Assembly (NCBI GenBank): GCA_031286165.1
Contig: JAITUU010000019.1
Coordinates: 6,730 to 70,729 of the forward strand
DNA: 64,000 nucleotides
Direction: 5' to 3'
From: Bacteroidales bacterium
Lineage (GTDB): Bacteria; Bacteroidota; Bacteroidia; Bacteroidales; UBA1715
Part shown: positions 1 through 9,544 of the stretch, piece after piece
Layout: every line of letters starts with the position of its first letter
Numbering within the stretch: position 1 is the first letter of the stretch
Made by a program: the position numbers and the translations under genes
The notes under the pieces: generated by a model
The model's database searches: none
The model's input: only the letters and a program-made list of their open reading frames with translations
What the model was told of the DNA's origin: nothing

Positions 1-2
1 AA

Positions 3-260
3 TTGCTCATAGAAGGATTTTTGCTCACTATGTACGATTTGCGCCTGCGCCTTGCCAATCAAGTGGTGGACGATGTAAAATCGCATTTCGAGAATTTGGT
101 GTTCGATACCCTCATTCAGCGCAATGTGAAACTAAGCGAATCGCCCGGATTCGGAAAACCGGCAATTCTATATGATGCCAACTCCACCGGTGCTATCAAT
201 TATTTGAATTTTGCAAAAGAACTTCTGTTGAAAAACAATTTGCCCGAAGTAAAAAAATAG
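3..260 (+). CDS. parA: ParA/Soj chromosome partitioning ATPase, C-terminal part (5' end outside window)
   Basis: C-terminal ParA motifs LLTMYD-R, FDTLIQRNVKLSESPGFGKP; directly upstream of parB. Confidence 0.9.
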   Translation: MLIEGFLLTMYDLRLRLANQVVDDVKSHFENLVFDTLIQRNVKLSESPGFGKPAILYDANSTGAINYLNFAKELLLKNNLPEVKK

Positions 261-317
261 ATTTCAGAAACAAGACTTATAAACTGATAACTAAAAACTG
301 ACAACTAATTTAAAACT

Positions 318-1196
318 ATGTCGAAAAAAACAAATGTATTAGGCGGCGGATTGAGCGCAATTTTGAGCGATGCTCCCAAAATTGTGCAACCGGTACAGCA
401 ACGCCCACCCATAAAAACAGGTATTGATTTAGAAATCAGTAAAATAAAAGCGAACCCCAACCAACCACGCACCCGATTCGACGAAAATGCACTGCAAGAA
501 TTGGCAAATTCTATTCAGCAACTTGGTGTTATTCAGCCTATTACCGTGCGTCAAGTGGCTCCCGATGAATATCAAATTATTTCGGGAGAACGCCGTTTTC
601 GCGCCTCGCAATTAGCCGGTGTCGAAACCATTCCTGCCTACATTCGCGATGCCGATGATAATATAACCCTCACTATGGCTTTGGTAGAAAATGTGCAGCG
701 CGAAGATTTGGACGCCATAGAAATAGCCACAAGTTATCAGCGATTGATAGATGAATGTGAACTTACCCAAGAAGAATTGAGCAAACAGGTGGGAAAAACC
801 CGTTCGAGCATTACCAATTTTTTGCGCCTGCTCAAATTACCGCCCGAAATTCAATTTGGTATTATCAATAAAGATATTTCAATGGGGCACGCACGAGCAC
901 TTGTGAGTGTGGACGACTGCGACAAGCAAATGCAAATGTTCGCAAAAATTATAGAACAAGACCTTTCGGTGCGTCAAGTGGAAGATTTGCTGCGCGATTA
1001 CAATGCTGAGAAAAAACCAAAAACGCCTGCTATGCAGATTTCGGAAGCGAGTAAATCAATTCAGCACAATTTAGAACAAAAACTCGGAGCAAAAGTAACC
1101 CTCTGTGTTACCGCCAAAGGCAGCGGAAAACTCACCATTCCATTTACCGATGAAAGCGATTTTGCTCGCATAGCTGCATTACTCAACACTAATTAA
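318..1196 (+). CDS. parB: ParB/Spo0J partition protein
   Basis: NPNQPR, GVIQPITVR, ISGERRFRA box, ALVENVQREDL, HTH and MGHARAL. Confidence 0.95.
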   Translation: MSKKTNVLGGGLSAILSDAPKIVQPVQQRPPIKTGIDLEISKIKANPNQPRTRFDENALQELANSIQQLGVIQPITVRQVAPDEYQIISGERRFRASQLAGVETIPAYIRDADDNITLTMALVENVQREDLDAIEIATSYQRLIDECELTQEELSKQVGKTRSSITNFLRLLKLPPEIQFGIINKDISMGHARALVSVDDCDKQMQMFAKIIEQDLSVRQVEDLLRDYNAEKKPKTPAMQISEASKSIQHNLEQKLGAKVTLCVTAKGSGKLTIPFTDESDFARIAALLNTN

Positions 1197-1197
1197 C

Positions 1198-1740
1198 ATG
1201 AAACAAAGGCTTGCGTGTATTCTATTCTGTTGCTCGATATTCGGTGCCGGCAGTGCTCATGCTCATTCTGCATTGGGTATAGACAGCGCACGCCACTCTC
1301 CCACTCGCGCCATTGTGTATTCCGCCATTTTGCCCGGTTTGGGGCAGGCATATAATCGCGATTATTGGAAAATTCCCATTATTTACGCAGGATTTGGCGG
1401 TTTGGGCTACGGATTGTATTACTATCAAGGAAAATACACCACTTTCCGCGATGCCTACAATGCCAATCGCGACAATACCACCGGCACTATCAACATTGGC
1501 GGCATAGAATATTCGCTGAGCAATGTGCGGGCAGGGCGCGATTTTTACCGCCGCTACCGCGATATGTGCATTATTGGCACAAGCGCATGGTATTTACTCA
1601 ATATTTTAGAGGCATACGTATATGCCAATTTATTCGATTTCGATGTAAGCGATAATTTGAGCCTGCACATCAGTCCGGCACTTATGTCCACAGCACAGGC
1701 TCGCATACAGCCGGGATTGAATCTTTCATTTTCATTTTAA
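1198..1740 (+). CDS. DUF5683-family membrane protein
   Basis: SAILPGLGQAYNRDYWKIPIIY motif; usual Bacteroidota position after parB. Confidence 0.75.
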   Translation: MKQRLACILFCCSIFGAGSAHAHSALGIDSARHSPTRAIVYSAILPGLGQAYNRDYWKIPIIYAGFGGLGYGLYYYQGKYTTFRDAYNANRDNTTGTINIGGIEYSLSNVRAGRDFYRRYRDMCIIGTSAWYLLNILEAYVYANLFDFDVSDNLSLHISPALMSTAQARIQPGLNLSFSF

Positions 1741-1754
1741 CAGTTATAAACATC

Positions 1755-2378
1755 ATGCGCCGCTATTCACATATACTAATTCTTTGTTTTTCAGTACTTT
1801 TTATGCTGAATTTGCGAGCATATTCGCAAACAGACACCGTGCAACGCCCCAAGCAACACAGCCTTGAAGATATACTCACCGAAGAAATTACTACCGCCAT
1901 TAGCAATAGTAGTAACGTTGAAGAAACAGACGAAGATGCGAACATTACGCCGCTTTCTATAGCCGGATTGACAGTTTCGATTGACAGTTTGATAGCCTTC
2001 GGAAAAACATTTTTGGGTCGCCCCTACCACTCTCGCATAGAAAACGGAAATTTCTCATACATAATGGATTGCAGCGGCTATGTAGGAATGTTGTTTCAAA
2101 CCTTTGGCGTAAAATTGCCGCGTTCGAGTGCCGAAATTGCCACCGTTACCAAAAAAGTTCCCATAAAAAACGCACAACCCGGCGATTTAATATTTTTTAA
2201 AGGACACAATGCCAATCAAAGTCGCGTGGGGCATGTGGCTCTGGTAATAGAAAACAACGATGGCGTTATTCAAATGATACATTCTTCGTGTGGCAAAGGC
2301 ATCACAATAGATACCTACCCCGATACGTATTATTATACGCGGCGATTTGTAAAAGTAGGGCGACTTTCACAACAATAA
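1755..2378 (+). CDS. NlpC/P60 (C40) cell-wall peptidase
   Basis: Signal peptide; MDCSGYV catalytic Cys, PGDLIFF, GHVALV, MIHSS. Confidence 0.9.
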   Translation: MRRYSHILILCFSVLFMLNLRAYSQTDTVQRPKQHSLEDILTEEITTAISNSSNVEETDEDANITPLSIAGLTVSIDSLIAFGKTFLGRPYHSRIENGNFSYIMDCSGYVGMLFQTFGVKLPRSSAEIATVTKKVPIKNAQPGDLIFFKGHNANQSRVGHVALVIENNDGVIQMIHSSCGKGITIDTYPDTYYYTRRFVKVGRLSQQ

Positions 2379-2388
2379 AACTACAAGC

Positions 2389-2754
2389 ATGTTCAAAAAA
2401 ATTCTCTTTGGTATATTTGCCGCGGCACTCTGCATTTCGTGTTCGCAATCGAACAAACGCACCGTAGTATTTGAACTCATTCCCAAACAAACTATGGCAA
2501 AAATGCTTTTCGATGTGCATTTTTCCGATGCAGTAATCAATACCCACAATAATCAAGACCGCCCGAATCTTTCGCTTTCCACAGCACACTACGATTCTCT
2601 CTTTGCAAAATACGGATTTTCCGATACCGTGTTTCGCCTCAATGTGGAACACTACACCCTCACCGGTGATATTCAGGCAATTTACGAAATCGTGCTCGAT
2701 TCGCTCAACAATATGCAGGCGCGAATAGTAGAAGAACGAATACGCAACAAATAA
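2389..2754 (+). CDS. DUF4296-family lipoprotein
   Basis: Lipobox-like ISC; LIPKQTMAKMLFDVHFSDA pattern. Confidence 0.65.
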   Translation: MFKKILFGIFAAALCISCSQSNKRTVVFELIPKQTMAKMLFDVHFSDAVINTHNNQDRPNLSLSTAHYDSLFAKYGFSDTVFRLNVEHYTLTGDIQAIYEIVLDSLNNMQARIVEERIRNK

Positions 2755-2770
2755 AAAACGCCCTATTGCC

Positions 2771-3943
2771 ATGCGAAAACTCAAAGCACAATACATTTTC
2801 GATGGCGAAAATTTGCATAAATTGGCAACCTTAGTTGTAACCGAGCATGGCAGGGTAGAAACGATTTTGCACAACGAAACTACCGAAACCGCAGGCGAAG
2901 AATTTTATAACGGCATACTCTGTCCCGGATTTGTGAATGCACACTGCCATTTGGAACTTTCGCACTATCGGCATCAGATTCCGCCTCACGAAGGACTGCC
3001 AAAATTTATAGACAATGTGGTAGCATTACGTTCCACACTTTCGGGCGAATCGGAGGCTATGCTCGCCGCCGACCACGAAATGCAACGCAATGGTATAGTT
3101 GCCGTAGGCGATATTTCCAATACCGATGCGAGTTTTACGGTCAAAAAACAATCACCCATTCACTATCATACCTTTATAGAATTACTCGACCTTTTCAATG
3201 TACAATCGCAGGAATTTGAACGCGGAAAAAAACTGTTTTCGCAGTATGTTCATACTATGCCGCTTTCGCTCACGCCGCATTCGCCTTACACATGTTCGCG
3301 GCAGTTGATAGAACGCATAGCGGTACACGCCGCAGAATACGGCTATCCGCTGAGTATTCATAATCAAGAATGTGAAGCCGAAAACGAACTCTATCGCGAA
3401 AAATCGGGAAGTTTGTATAAACACATTTTTGCGCATCAAAGCGAAAAACGCCCCTTTCCTACCTACGGAAAATCGAGTTTACAAACCTACGCCGGCTGGT
3501 TGCCCACCAGCCTACCCATACTATTGGTGCACAACACCCACACCACGCAAGCCGATATTGATTTTTTGAAACACAACTGCCCTGATTTGCACTACTCATT
3601 TGTTCTCTGTCCGCAAAGCAACGCCTACATAGCGCAGGAAATTCCGCCGCTTGATTTATTTTTGAAAAACAACGTGAACATTGCGCTTGGCACCGATAGC
3701 GCGGCATCGAACACGCAACTCAATATGGTGAGAGAAATGCGTGCTCTGCAACAATCCTTTCCACATGCTTCACTTGCACAACTACTGCGCTGTGCAACTC
3801 TCGGCGGTGCACAAGCACTGCATATTCACAAGCAATTCGGCAGTTTTGAAACAGGAAAAACGCCCGGCGTAAATGTTTTGGAACACATAGATTTTATCAA
3901 CCTGAAATTACTCGAAAGCACCACCGTGCGGCGAATTGTGTGA
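2771..3943 (+). CDS. Metal-dependent amidohydrolase (deaminase-like, possibly aminodeoxyfutalosine deaminase)
   Basis: PGFVNAHCHLELS, PHSPYT, IHNQE, ALGTDS, GSFETGK motifs. Confidence 0.8.
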   Translation: MRKLKAQYIFDGENLHKLATLVVTEHGRVETILHNETTETAGEEFYNGILCPGFVNAHCHLELSHYRHQIPPHEGLPKFIDNVVALRSTLSGESEAMLAADHEMQRNGIVAVGDISNTDASFTVKKQSPIHYHTFIELLDLFNVQSQEFERGKKLFSQYVHTMPLSLTPHSPYTCSRQLIERIAVHAAEYGYPLSIHNQECEAENELYREKSGSLYKHIFAHQSEKRPFPTYGKSSLQTYAGWLPTSLPILLVHNTHTTQADIDFLKHNCPDLHYSFVLCPQSNAYIAQEIPPLDLFLKNNVNIALGTDSAASNTQLNMVREMRALQQSFPHASLAQLLRCATLGGAQALHIHKQFGSFETGKTPGVNVLEHIDFINLKLLESTTVRRIV

Positions 3944-3948
3944 GAATA

Positions 3949-4899
3949 TTATTCTTTCAATACTGCAATATACTGCCCCAGCAAGCGGCTGAACGAAAAT
4001 GGTAATTTTTCACTTTCTCTACGCCCTTCGAGCAGACATTTGTGCACTTCCTCTATTTCGTAATTATAGCCATTTCCGCAATATTCCGGCGTGATAGTTT
4101 CACGAGCACCGCTATTCTCATACGCATATATTTCGCAAGGGCAGTGCCACATTCGCCGCATTTCTATTCGTCCCTCACTGCCTTGTATGATGGCTGTGCA
4201 AGGTAATTTGCGCATAAACGAAACCGCCATGGTTGCCGCCGCACCCGAATTGTAATAAAACTGTATTTCATTATCTATATCAACTCCCTGCGAAGTTTTT
4301 TGAATCTGTTTTTCAATTTTTTGCGGTTCGCCCAGCAGGTGTAACACCAAAAACAACGGATAAATACCAATATCGAATAAGGCACCGCCGCCCAATTCCG
4401 GCAAAAATAAGCGCAGTGTTTCGGGCGATGCCTCAAATCCAAAATCTACCATAATGTTCTGAATTTTTCCAATTTTTCCCTGTTGTATGCAGTCGTCAAT
4501 TACTTGTATTGACGGCAGAAATCTCGTCCACAAAGCCTCCATCAAAAACACATTATATTTTTGTGAAAGAGCGTGCAATTCATCGTACTGCGCAAGCGTA
4601 AGACAAAGCGGTTTTTCGCACAAACAGGCTTTGCCGTGTTCCATACACAAGCGAGCAAGTTCAAAATGACTATTATTGGTAGTTGCCACATACACCACGT
4701 CAATAGCCGGGTCGCGCACTAATTCTTCGTATGAATCATACAGCGTTTCGGCATGATACGCAGCCGCAAATTCACGCGCTCGCTCGCGCGAAGTCGATGC
4801 CACGCCACACAAATGCGCACTCGGCACGGCTCGCAATCCCTCCGCAAACTTGTGTGCTATTTTTCCCGGACCTATTATTCCCCAATTATATTGTTTCAT
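3949..4899 (-). CDS. Gfo/Idh/MocA-family oxidoreductase
   Basis: WGIIGPGKIA Rossmann motif, LCEKP, GGGALFDIGIY. Confidence 0.9.
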   Translation of the reverse strand: MKQYNWGIIGPGKIAHKFAEGLRAVPSAHLCGVASTSRERAREFAAAYHAETLYDSYEELVRDPAIDVVYVATTNNSHFELARLCMEHGKACLCEKPLCLTLAQYDELHALSQKYNVFLMEALWTRFLPSIQVIDDCIQQGKIGKIQNIMVDFGFEASPETLRLFLPELGGGALFDIGIYPLFLVLHLLGEPQKIEKQIQKTSQGVDIDNEIQFYYNSGAAATMAVSFMRKLPCTAIIQGSEGRIEMRRMWHCPCEIYAYENSGARETITPEYCGNGYNYEIEEVHKCLLEGRRESEKLPFSFSRLLGQYIAVLKE

Positions 4900-4906
4900 T
4901 GTGTTG

Positions 4907-7861
4907 TCATTTTTTCTTCTTCCTCACTTTGTTCTCTTTTTCTTCGGTAAACAAATCCGCCGTGTATTTTTCGTAGAGCGCGAACAAAAATTCCATGCGG
5001 TTGCCACTGCCTACGAACGAGTATGCGGCATCTACGGCTTTGTCCAACTCGCGGTGTGCTTTGGTGAGTTCGGGCGGCATGGTGAGCGGATTGTAGAGGT
5101 GCGCAAGCGAACTTTCGGGAAACTGCGCACGCACATCGAGTACCTTTTGCGCCGCTTTTTCTACTGCCTTCACCTGCTTTTCCGTAGGATTTTCTGCCCA
5201 AGGAAAATTATTATACACTATATCTTTGGAATATCTGTACCGACTTTCCAACCTTCCGCACACCACACCTACCCACGCCATGTGCATTTTCGACATCAAC
5301 ACCCCAAAATGATAGAGCGTGGCATTGGGAATTGCCATACAAGTATCGCTCACTATTGAATTTTTGTCGAAAAATCCCATAGGAATATAGTCGCGCGTTT
5401 CGGAAGACACTCGCGGAATAACAATACATGTGTCCGGGCGATTTCGGTCGCGAAAGAGCGCGGGTGTGGCGGCGAATTTTTGCGTGGAAGGAGCCACACT
5501 GTCTAAGCGGAATTTTTTTACGGCGGCAATTCGTTTCAGCACGCGCGGCAGGCGGTTGAGTTCGGCAGGCGTGGCATCTTTGAGCCACAGACACCAGCGT
5601 TTTTCGCCGTTCAAAAATTCGTGCGCCGAAATCAGCGGCAGCATAAATTGTGCTGCATTGGGTTCCAATTCCAAAAAATCCTGTTTTTCGGCATCGGTAA
5701 AAAGCAAATTTCCTCCGTCAAGCGGCATATTGCCAAAATTCATTTCCGGCACCTTACAGAGCGGTTTTTGCCGTTTTTCTATAAAAATATCTTTGGCATC
5801 AACCAAATACGGATTGATGTTTTTTGCGGAAATTTCGTGCGCCTCGCCGCGTATGTCTTCGTAGTCGAAAAGGCGTTTTTCCGGCGTGTCGAAATTGGCA
5901 AAACCCACAATCACGCAATACACCGCCGCATTGCCTTTCGCTTCGTTGCTCCACTTAAAAGTGCGGTGCGCAAAGTGAATTTTGATGTGATAGCGATTTT
6001 TCAGCACGCCCCACAAAATGGCGGTTTGCTCGCCCTGCACTATGGAGTTGGTGCTCACAAAAGCAACTTTGGTTGTCAAGGGGGCATGCCCCCGTGTTAT
6101 ATACTGCGCCGCTTTCACATACCACGCCGTAACGTAATCGAGCACGCCGCAGCCGCTCGCGTTGCCAAACTGCTTCGCCACTTGGTCGCGCTGAAATTGC
6201 GTCATCACTTTGGAGCCAATAAAGGGCGGATTGCCCATAATATAGTCGAAAGGCTGCGAAACATAACCCACAGACGGCGTACTTTCAGTCTTGTGAATGG
6301 TGTAGGTGTCGGTTTCTATGCGCACGTTGCCGTACTGCATTTGCGGTTCGCGCACATAAATATCGGTATGCTCGGCGCGAATGTCGTAAGCGCGAATCGA
6401 AGTGGTAGCCAGCGAGTTCCAATCAATTTCGAGCGCATCGCCATGCACAATTTTCGCTGCTTTTTTGAGCGGCAGGCGCACAAAATATTGCCCAAATTCG
6501 GCACTCACCTTCATATTCATTTGGTGGTCGGTGAGCCATAGCGCAACTTCGGCTATCCGCGCCGGAAATTCTTCGTACTCTATGCCGTAAAATTGGTCCA
6601 CATCTATCCAAAGCATTTGGCTCACGTCCAAAAATCGCTCGCCGGTGCGGTAGAGCGCACGCAAAACCTCGATTTCGAGCAAGCGCAATTCGCGATAGGC
6701 AATCACCAAAAAATTACCGCAACCGCAGGCAGGGTCTAAAAATCGCAGCGAACCGAGTTTTTTGTGGAATGTTTGCAACAAGGAGGCATGCCCCCGTGCT
6801 TGTTTTATTTGTTCAAACTCGCGATAAAGTTCGTCTAAAAAGAGCGGTTTGATGAGTTTGAGTATATTTTTTTCGCTGGTGTAGTGCGCTCCCAGTGCGT
6901 GTCGTTCTTTGGGATTCATCACGCTTTGGAACATGGACCCGAAAATTGCCGGCGAAATTTCGCTCCAATCAAAATAGCAACAATTCAGCAACGCCTGCCG
7001 CATTTTGCTGTCGAAACTCGCCGTTGGCAACAGTTCTTCAAACAATTTTCCGTTCACGTAGGGGAAGGCGTTCATCTCTTCGTCCAAATTTCGGAGGCGT
7101 TTTTCGGACGGCGTGTTCAGTACCTGAAAAAGCGTGTGCAGTTTATCGGCAAGGTCGGAACCGTCTTCTGCCGTGCGGCGTTCTATAAAATCTTGAAATT
7201 GTTGTTTTTCAAAAATCGTGGTATCTTCGGCAAAAAGAATGAACAACACGCGCACCAAATACACCTCCAACGGATGTCCATCGTAGCCGATTTCCTTCAA
7301 GCGGTCGTGCAATTTTCCCATCAATTCTGCCGCTTTCGCATTTGCCGGATTTTCTTCTTTATACACTTTTTTCTCGTAGCCTATCATATAGCCGAAGTGC
7401 TGCACGTGGTGCACAAGGTCGGCTAAGCGAAATTCCGTGCACTCTAACAAGGGGGCATGCCCCCTTGCTGTTTCTTCCGACAAGGGATTGAAATCCCTTG
7501 CTTCCAAATCATACAATCGGAAAATCTCGAAGTCGCATACTAAGATAAATCGCGGAAGTTCGTGTGGTTTCAGTCCGTGCGTATATTCTATAGCCTGTTC
7601 AAAAGCACGGTCGAGGTTGCGTCCGCGACTTTTCATTTCCACCAAAATAGTACCCTTCCACAGCAAATCAATGTAGCCATCGGCATCGGAGAGTTTTTTC
7701 ACGCGGTGCTCAAAGGTGCCCACTTTGCGGCGCGAAATACCGAACACATCGAAAAATGCGTCCAAAAACGGCTTGGCATCGGCTTCTTCCTGCGCCGTAC
7801 CCGCCCATTCGCGCGAAAATTGTATCGCTCGCTCTTTTATTTCGTTCCAACTGAGAGGCAT
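4907..7861 (-). CDS. MmeI-family (Type IIL/IIG) fused restriction endonuclease-N6A methyltransferase
   Basis: N-terminal PD-ExK nuclease (IDLLWKGTILVEMK), GAHYTS, motif I DPACGCGNFL, motif IV GNPPF, AFVSTNSIVQGEQ, C-terminal target-recognition region. Confidence 0.9.
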   Translation of the reverse strand: MPLSWNEIKERAIQFSREWAGTAQEEADAKPFLDAFFDVFGISRRKVGTFEHRVKKLSDADGYIDLLWKGTILVEMKSRGRNLDRAFEQAIEYTHGLKPHELPRFILVCDFEIFRLYDLEARDFNPLSEETARGHAPLLECTEFRLADLVHHVQHFGYMIGYEKKVYKEENPANAKAAELMGKLHDRLKEIGYDGHPLEVYLVRVLFILFAEDTTIFEKQQFQDFIERRTAEDGSDLADKLHTLFQVLNTPSEKRLRNLDEEMNAFPYVNGKLFEELLPTASFDSKMRQALLNCCYFDWSEISPAIFGSMFQSVMNPKERHALGAHYTSEKNILKLIKPLFLDELYREFEQIKQARGHASLLQTFHKKLGSLRFLDPACGCGNFLVIAYRELRLLEIEVLRALYRTGERFLDVSQMLWIDVDQFYGIEYEEFPARIAEVALWLTDHQMNMKVSAEFGQYFVRLPLKKAAKIVHGDALEIDWNSLATTSIRAYDIRAEHTDIYVREPQMQYGNVRIETDTYTIHKTESTPSVGYVSQPFDYIMGNPPFIGSKVMTQFQRDQVAKQFGNASGCGVLDYVTAWYVKAAQYITRGHAPLTTKVAFVSTNSIVQGEQTAILWGVLKNRYHIKIHFAHRTFKWSNEAKGNAAVYCVIVGFANFDTPEKRLFDYEDIRGEAHEISAKNINPYLVDAKDIFIEKRQKPLCKVPEMNFGNMPLDGGNLLFTDAEKQDFLELEPNAAQFMLPLISAHEFLNGEKRWCLWLKDATPAELNRLPRVLKRIAAVKKFRLDSVAPSTQKFAATPALFRDRNRPDTCIVIPRVSSETRDYIPMGFFDKNSIVSDTCMAIPNATLYHFGVLMSKMHMAWVGVVCGRLESRYRYSKDIVYNNFPWAENPTEKQVKAVEKAAQKVLDVRAQFPESSLAHLYNPLTMPPELTKAHRELDKAVDAAYSFVGSGNRMEFLFALYEKYTADLFTEEKENKVRKKKK
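6077..7467. repeat. Three 20-bp REP-like palindromes inside the MmeI-type gene (6077-6096, 6779-6798, 7448-7467)
   Basis: CAAGGGGGCATGCCCCCGTG, CAAGGAGGCATGCCCCCGTG, CAAGGGGGCATGCCCCCTTG; each reads RGHA(P/S)L in frame. Confidence 0.8.
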
Positions 7862-7982
7862 GGTTCAATCTTGATTTTGCTATTGCAAAAATACGATTTT
7901 TTCCCTAAATCTATTGCTCATATTACTGAATATACTATCTTTGTGGTAATTAGTTAGTTGAAAATATCATAAAAACCGCACT

Positions 7983-8660
7983 ATGGCGAAGCAATCGAAA
8001 CATACAGACGATATTACATTTGAAATTACAAATGAAAGCAACGGACTTGAAATCAGCGAATTACGCACTGACGAACGTGAAGAACAATCTACAAAAACAC
8101 ATAAACCCATGAAAAAAATTATACTCATTGTAAGCATACTTGTTCTGCTCATTGGCGGTGCAATCGCGTATGTATTGCTATTTCAACCACAATTTGCAAG
8201 TCAAAATTTTGCATTTTTACAACACAAACAAAAAGCAATTATTCCTGCAACTTCGGTGCTTATCAATAATTACCAAGTAATTACCACTCAGCCGCTTATG
8301 ACCGAATCGCAATTGCTTGCTCAAATTAGTGCCGATTTGAATCCGCGCCCACAACCCGTTGTAATTCAACCTGTTCCACGCATAGTAACGCGCGGATTTA
8401 TACAAACGCCTACGTGGGTGATTGTAACCAACACCTTTACCAACGAAGCGCAGGCAATTCGCACGGTTGCGCTCAATTCCGAAAAAGGTGTGCGCCGCGG
8501 CGGATATTTTTGGGCACCCGACTATATTCCGGGTGCAGCGGGTAATTTTCGCACCTATATCGGATTTTTCGATTCATACGAAGATGCTCAGCAACGCATA
8601 GCCGGCGAACCTGCTATTGCCGACCTTTTCCCGAACTACACCATTCAAAAACTACAATAA
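7983..8660 (+). CDS. Single-pass membrane protein with C-terminal SPOR-like domain
   Basis: Acidic N-terminus, one TM, C-terminal beta-alpha domain with FWAPDY and FRTYIGFF; paralog of the next gene. Confidence 0.55.
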   Translation: MAKQSKHTDDITFEITNESNGLEISELRTDEREEQSTKTHKPMKKIILIVSILVLLIGGAIAYVLLFQPQFASQNFAFLQHKQKAIIPATSVLINNYQVITTQPLMTESQLLAQISADLNPRPQPVVIQPVPRIVTRGFIQTPTWVIVTNTFTNEAQAIRTVALNSEKGVRRGGYFWAPDYIPGAAGNFRTYIGFFDSYEDAQQRIAGEPAIADLFPNYTIQKLQ

Positions 8661-8675
8661 TTCGGCACGCACACT

Positions 8676-9473
8676 ATGGATACTCTCAATTCTTTCGATG
8701 ATTTGGTAATTGAACCAAATGACAATAATCACTTTGAAAGTGAAAATTTTGCACCAGCAGCTGCCGAAACTCCGGTAGAAACCCTCAAAATTCCCGAACA
8801 TACCGAAAATTCGGAAGCGGCAATATCTGAAAATCAAAACGAAGAAAACACAAAAGAAACACCGAAAACTACCGAGGAAAAACCGCAAAAAAGCAAAATC
8901 ATCAGTATTTTGATTTCTATCGCTATTCTGCTCATCATTGCCGGCGGCGCATTCTATATCTATGTTTTCTACCGCGATTTTGCAGCGCAGTATATTCCAT
9001 GTTTGCAAACGCAGGAATACGACACTCTCATAGTGCAACAAGAACAGCACAATGCTACGCACGAAAACGCAGAAAACGAATCGGAAAATACTGATAATCA
9101 AGAAGAAACAACAACAGCAAGCGATGAAGCGGTAGTAAATGCCATTACCCAAAGTATGCAAGCAGAAGCAAAACCTGCGGAAGAAAAAACACCGCAAACG
9201 CCCAATAACACCGACTTCAAAAAAACGCTTTCGCGCCCCACATGGGTAATTAGCGTGAGTAGCGTAGCAAAAGAATCGGAAGCACTAAAACGCACCAAAG
9301 AACTTCGCACCGCAGGAAAAACCGCCGACTACTATTGGATTCCCGACTATGTGCCGGGAGGAAACGCATATTTCAAAGTATTTGTGGGACCATTTGCCAC
9401 AAAAGCCGATGCGCAAAACTATTTACAAAACAACGATTTGGCAGCCGATGCCTACGTGGTGGAAGTAAAATAA
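8676..9473 (+). CDS. Single-pass membrane protein with C-terminal SPOR-like domain
   Basis: Acidic N-terminus, TM, linker, WVISVSS...YWIPDY...FKVFVGPFATKADA. Confidence 0.65.
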   Translation: MDTLNSFDDLVIEPNDNNHFESENFAPAAAETPVETLKIPEHTENSEAAISENQNEENTKETPKTTEEKPQKSKIISILISIAILLIIAGGAFYIYVFYRDFAAQYIPCLQTQEYDTLIVQQEQHNATHENAENESENTDNQEETTTASDEAVVNAITQSMQAEAKPAEEKTPQTPNNTDFKKTLSRPTWVISVSSVAKESEALKRTKELRTAGKTADYYWIPDYVPGGNAYFKVFVGPFATKADAQNYLQNNDLAADAYVVEVK

Positions 9474-9544
9474 CCGCAACGTTCAATTAACTTCGTTGAA
9501 CAAAATGTTTCTCAGTTTTCAACTCTCAACTTTCAACTAATTCT

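Noticed and set aside
4907-7861. Multi-gene defence island around the MmeI-type gene
   Set aside because: Neighbours are an oxidoreductase and SPOR-like genes; no helicase, YeeB/YeeC-like or other defence genes are adjacent.
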